64,000 bases of DNA from Mustelus asterias (lineage: Eukaryota), in contig NC_135807.1 in NCBI RefSeq assembly GCF_964213995.1, positions 140,678,001 to 140,742,000 on the forward strand, written 5' to 3'. The translations under genes were made by a program, and so were the position numbers. Shown in pieces: positions 63,856-64,000 of this stretch. The notes under the pieces were generated by a model. It made no database searches and was not told the DNA's origin. It saw only the letters and a list, made by a program, of their open reading frames with translations. Position 1 is the stretch's first letter, and each line of letters opens with the position of its first letter.

Positions 63856-64000
63856 GAGACTGCAGAAACTGGCATGGTCCTTACAGCAGCAGCAGTGCAG
63901 GTTATGGAGATGGGGAGATTTTATGGAGGGCTTTGATTAAAATAAATGAGAGTTTACAATGATAGGAAGTTTGGTAACCACGACATACAGACTTAAGGGA

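Overview
Vertebrate genomic DNA, almost certainly from a shark. This rests on CR1/HER1-type LINEs, HE1/V-SINE-type and Deu-SINE-type SINEs, and Penelope-like elements. The window holds the 3' part, possibly all, of a translocon-type T-cell receptor gamma locus on the + strand. There are three intact V genes (leader exon, V exon, 23-bp-spacer RSS) at about 10.1, 20.1 and 37.5 kb. Three intact J segments with 12-bp-spacer RSS lie at 50.7-51.4 kb, with possible J relics nearby. No D segment was found. One C gene follows in three exons (Ig domain, connecting peptide, TM/cytoplasmic) at 54.5-60.1 kb. Most of the rest is nested retroelements: many CR1 copies (one full-length with both ORFs intact and a TSD), two related solo LTRs, a decayed gypsy, L2 fragments, SINEs and Penelope-like elements with hammerhead-ribozyme cores. 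Three unusual structures stand out: a 23-bp satellite whose units carry RSS-heptamer-like sequences, a 2187-bp near-perfect inverted duplication between V3 and J1, and a hairpin-shaped hammerhead mini-element 3' of C.
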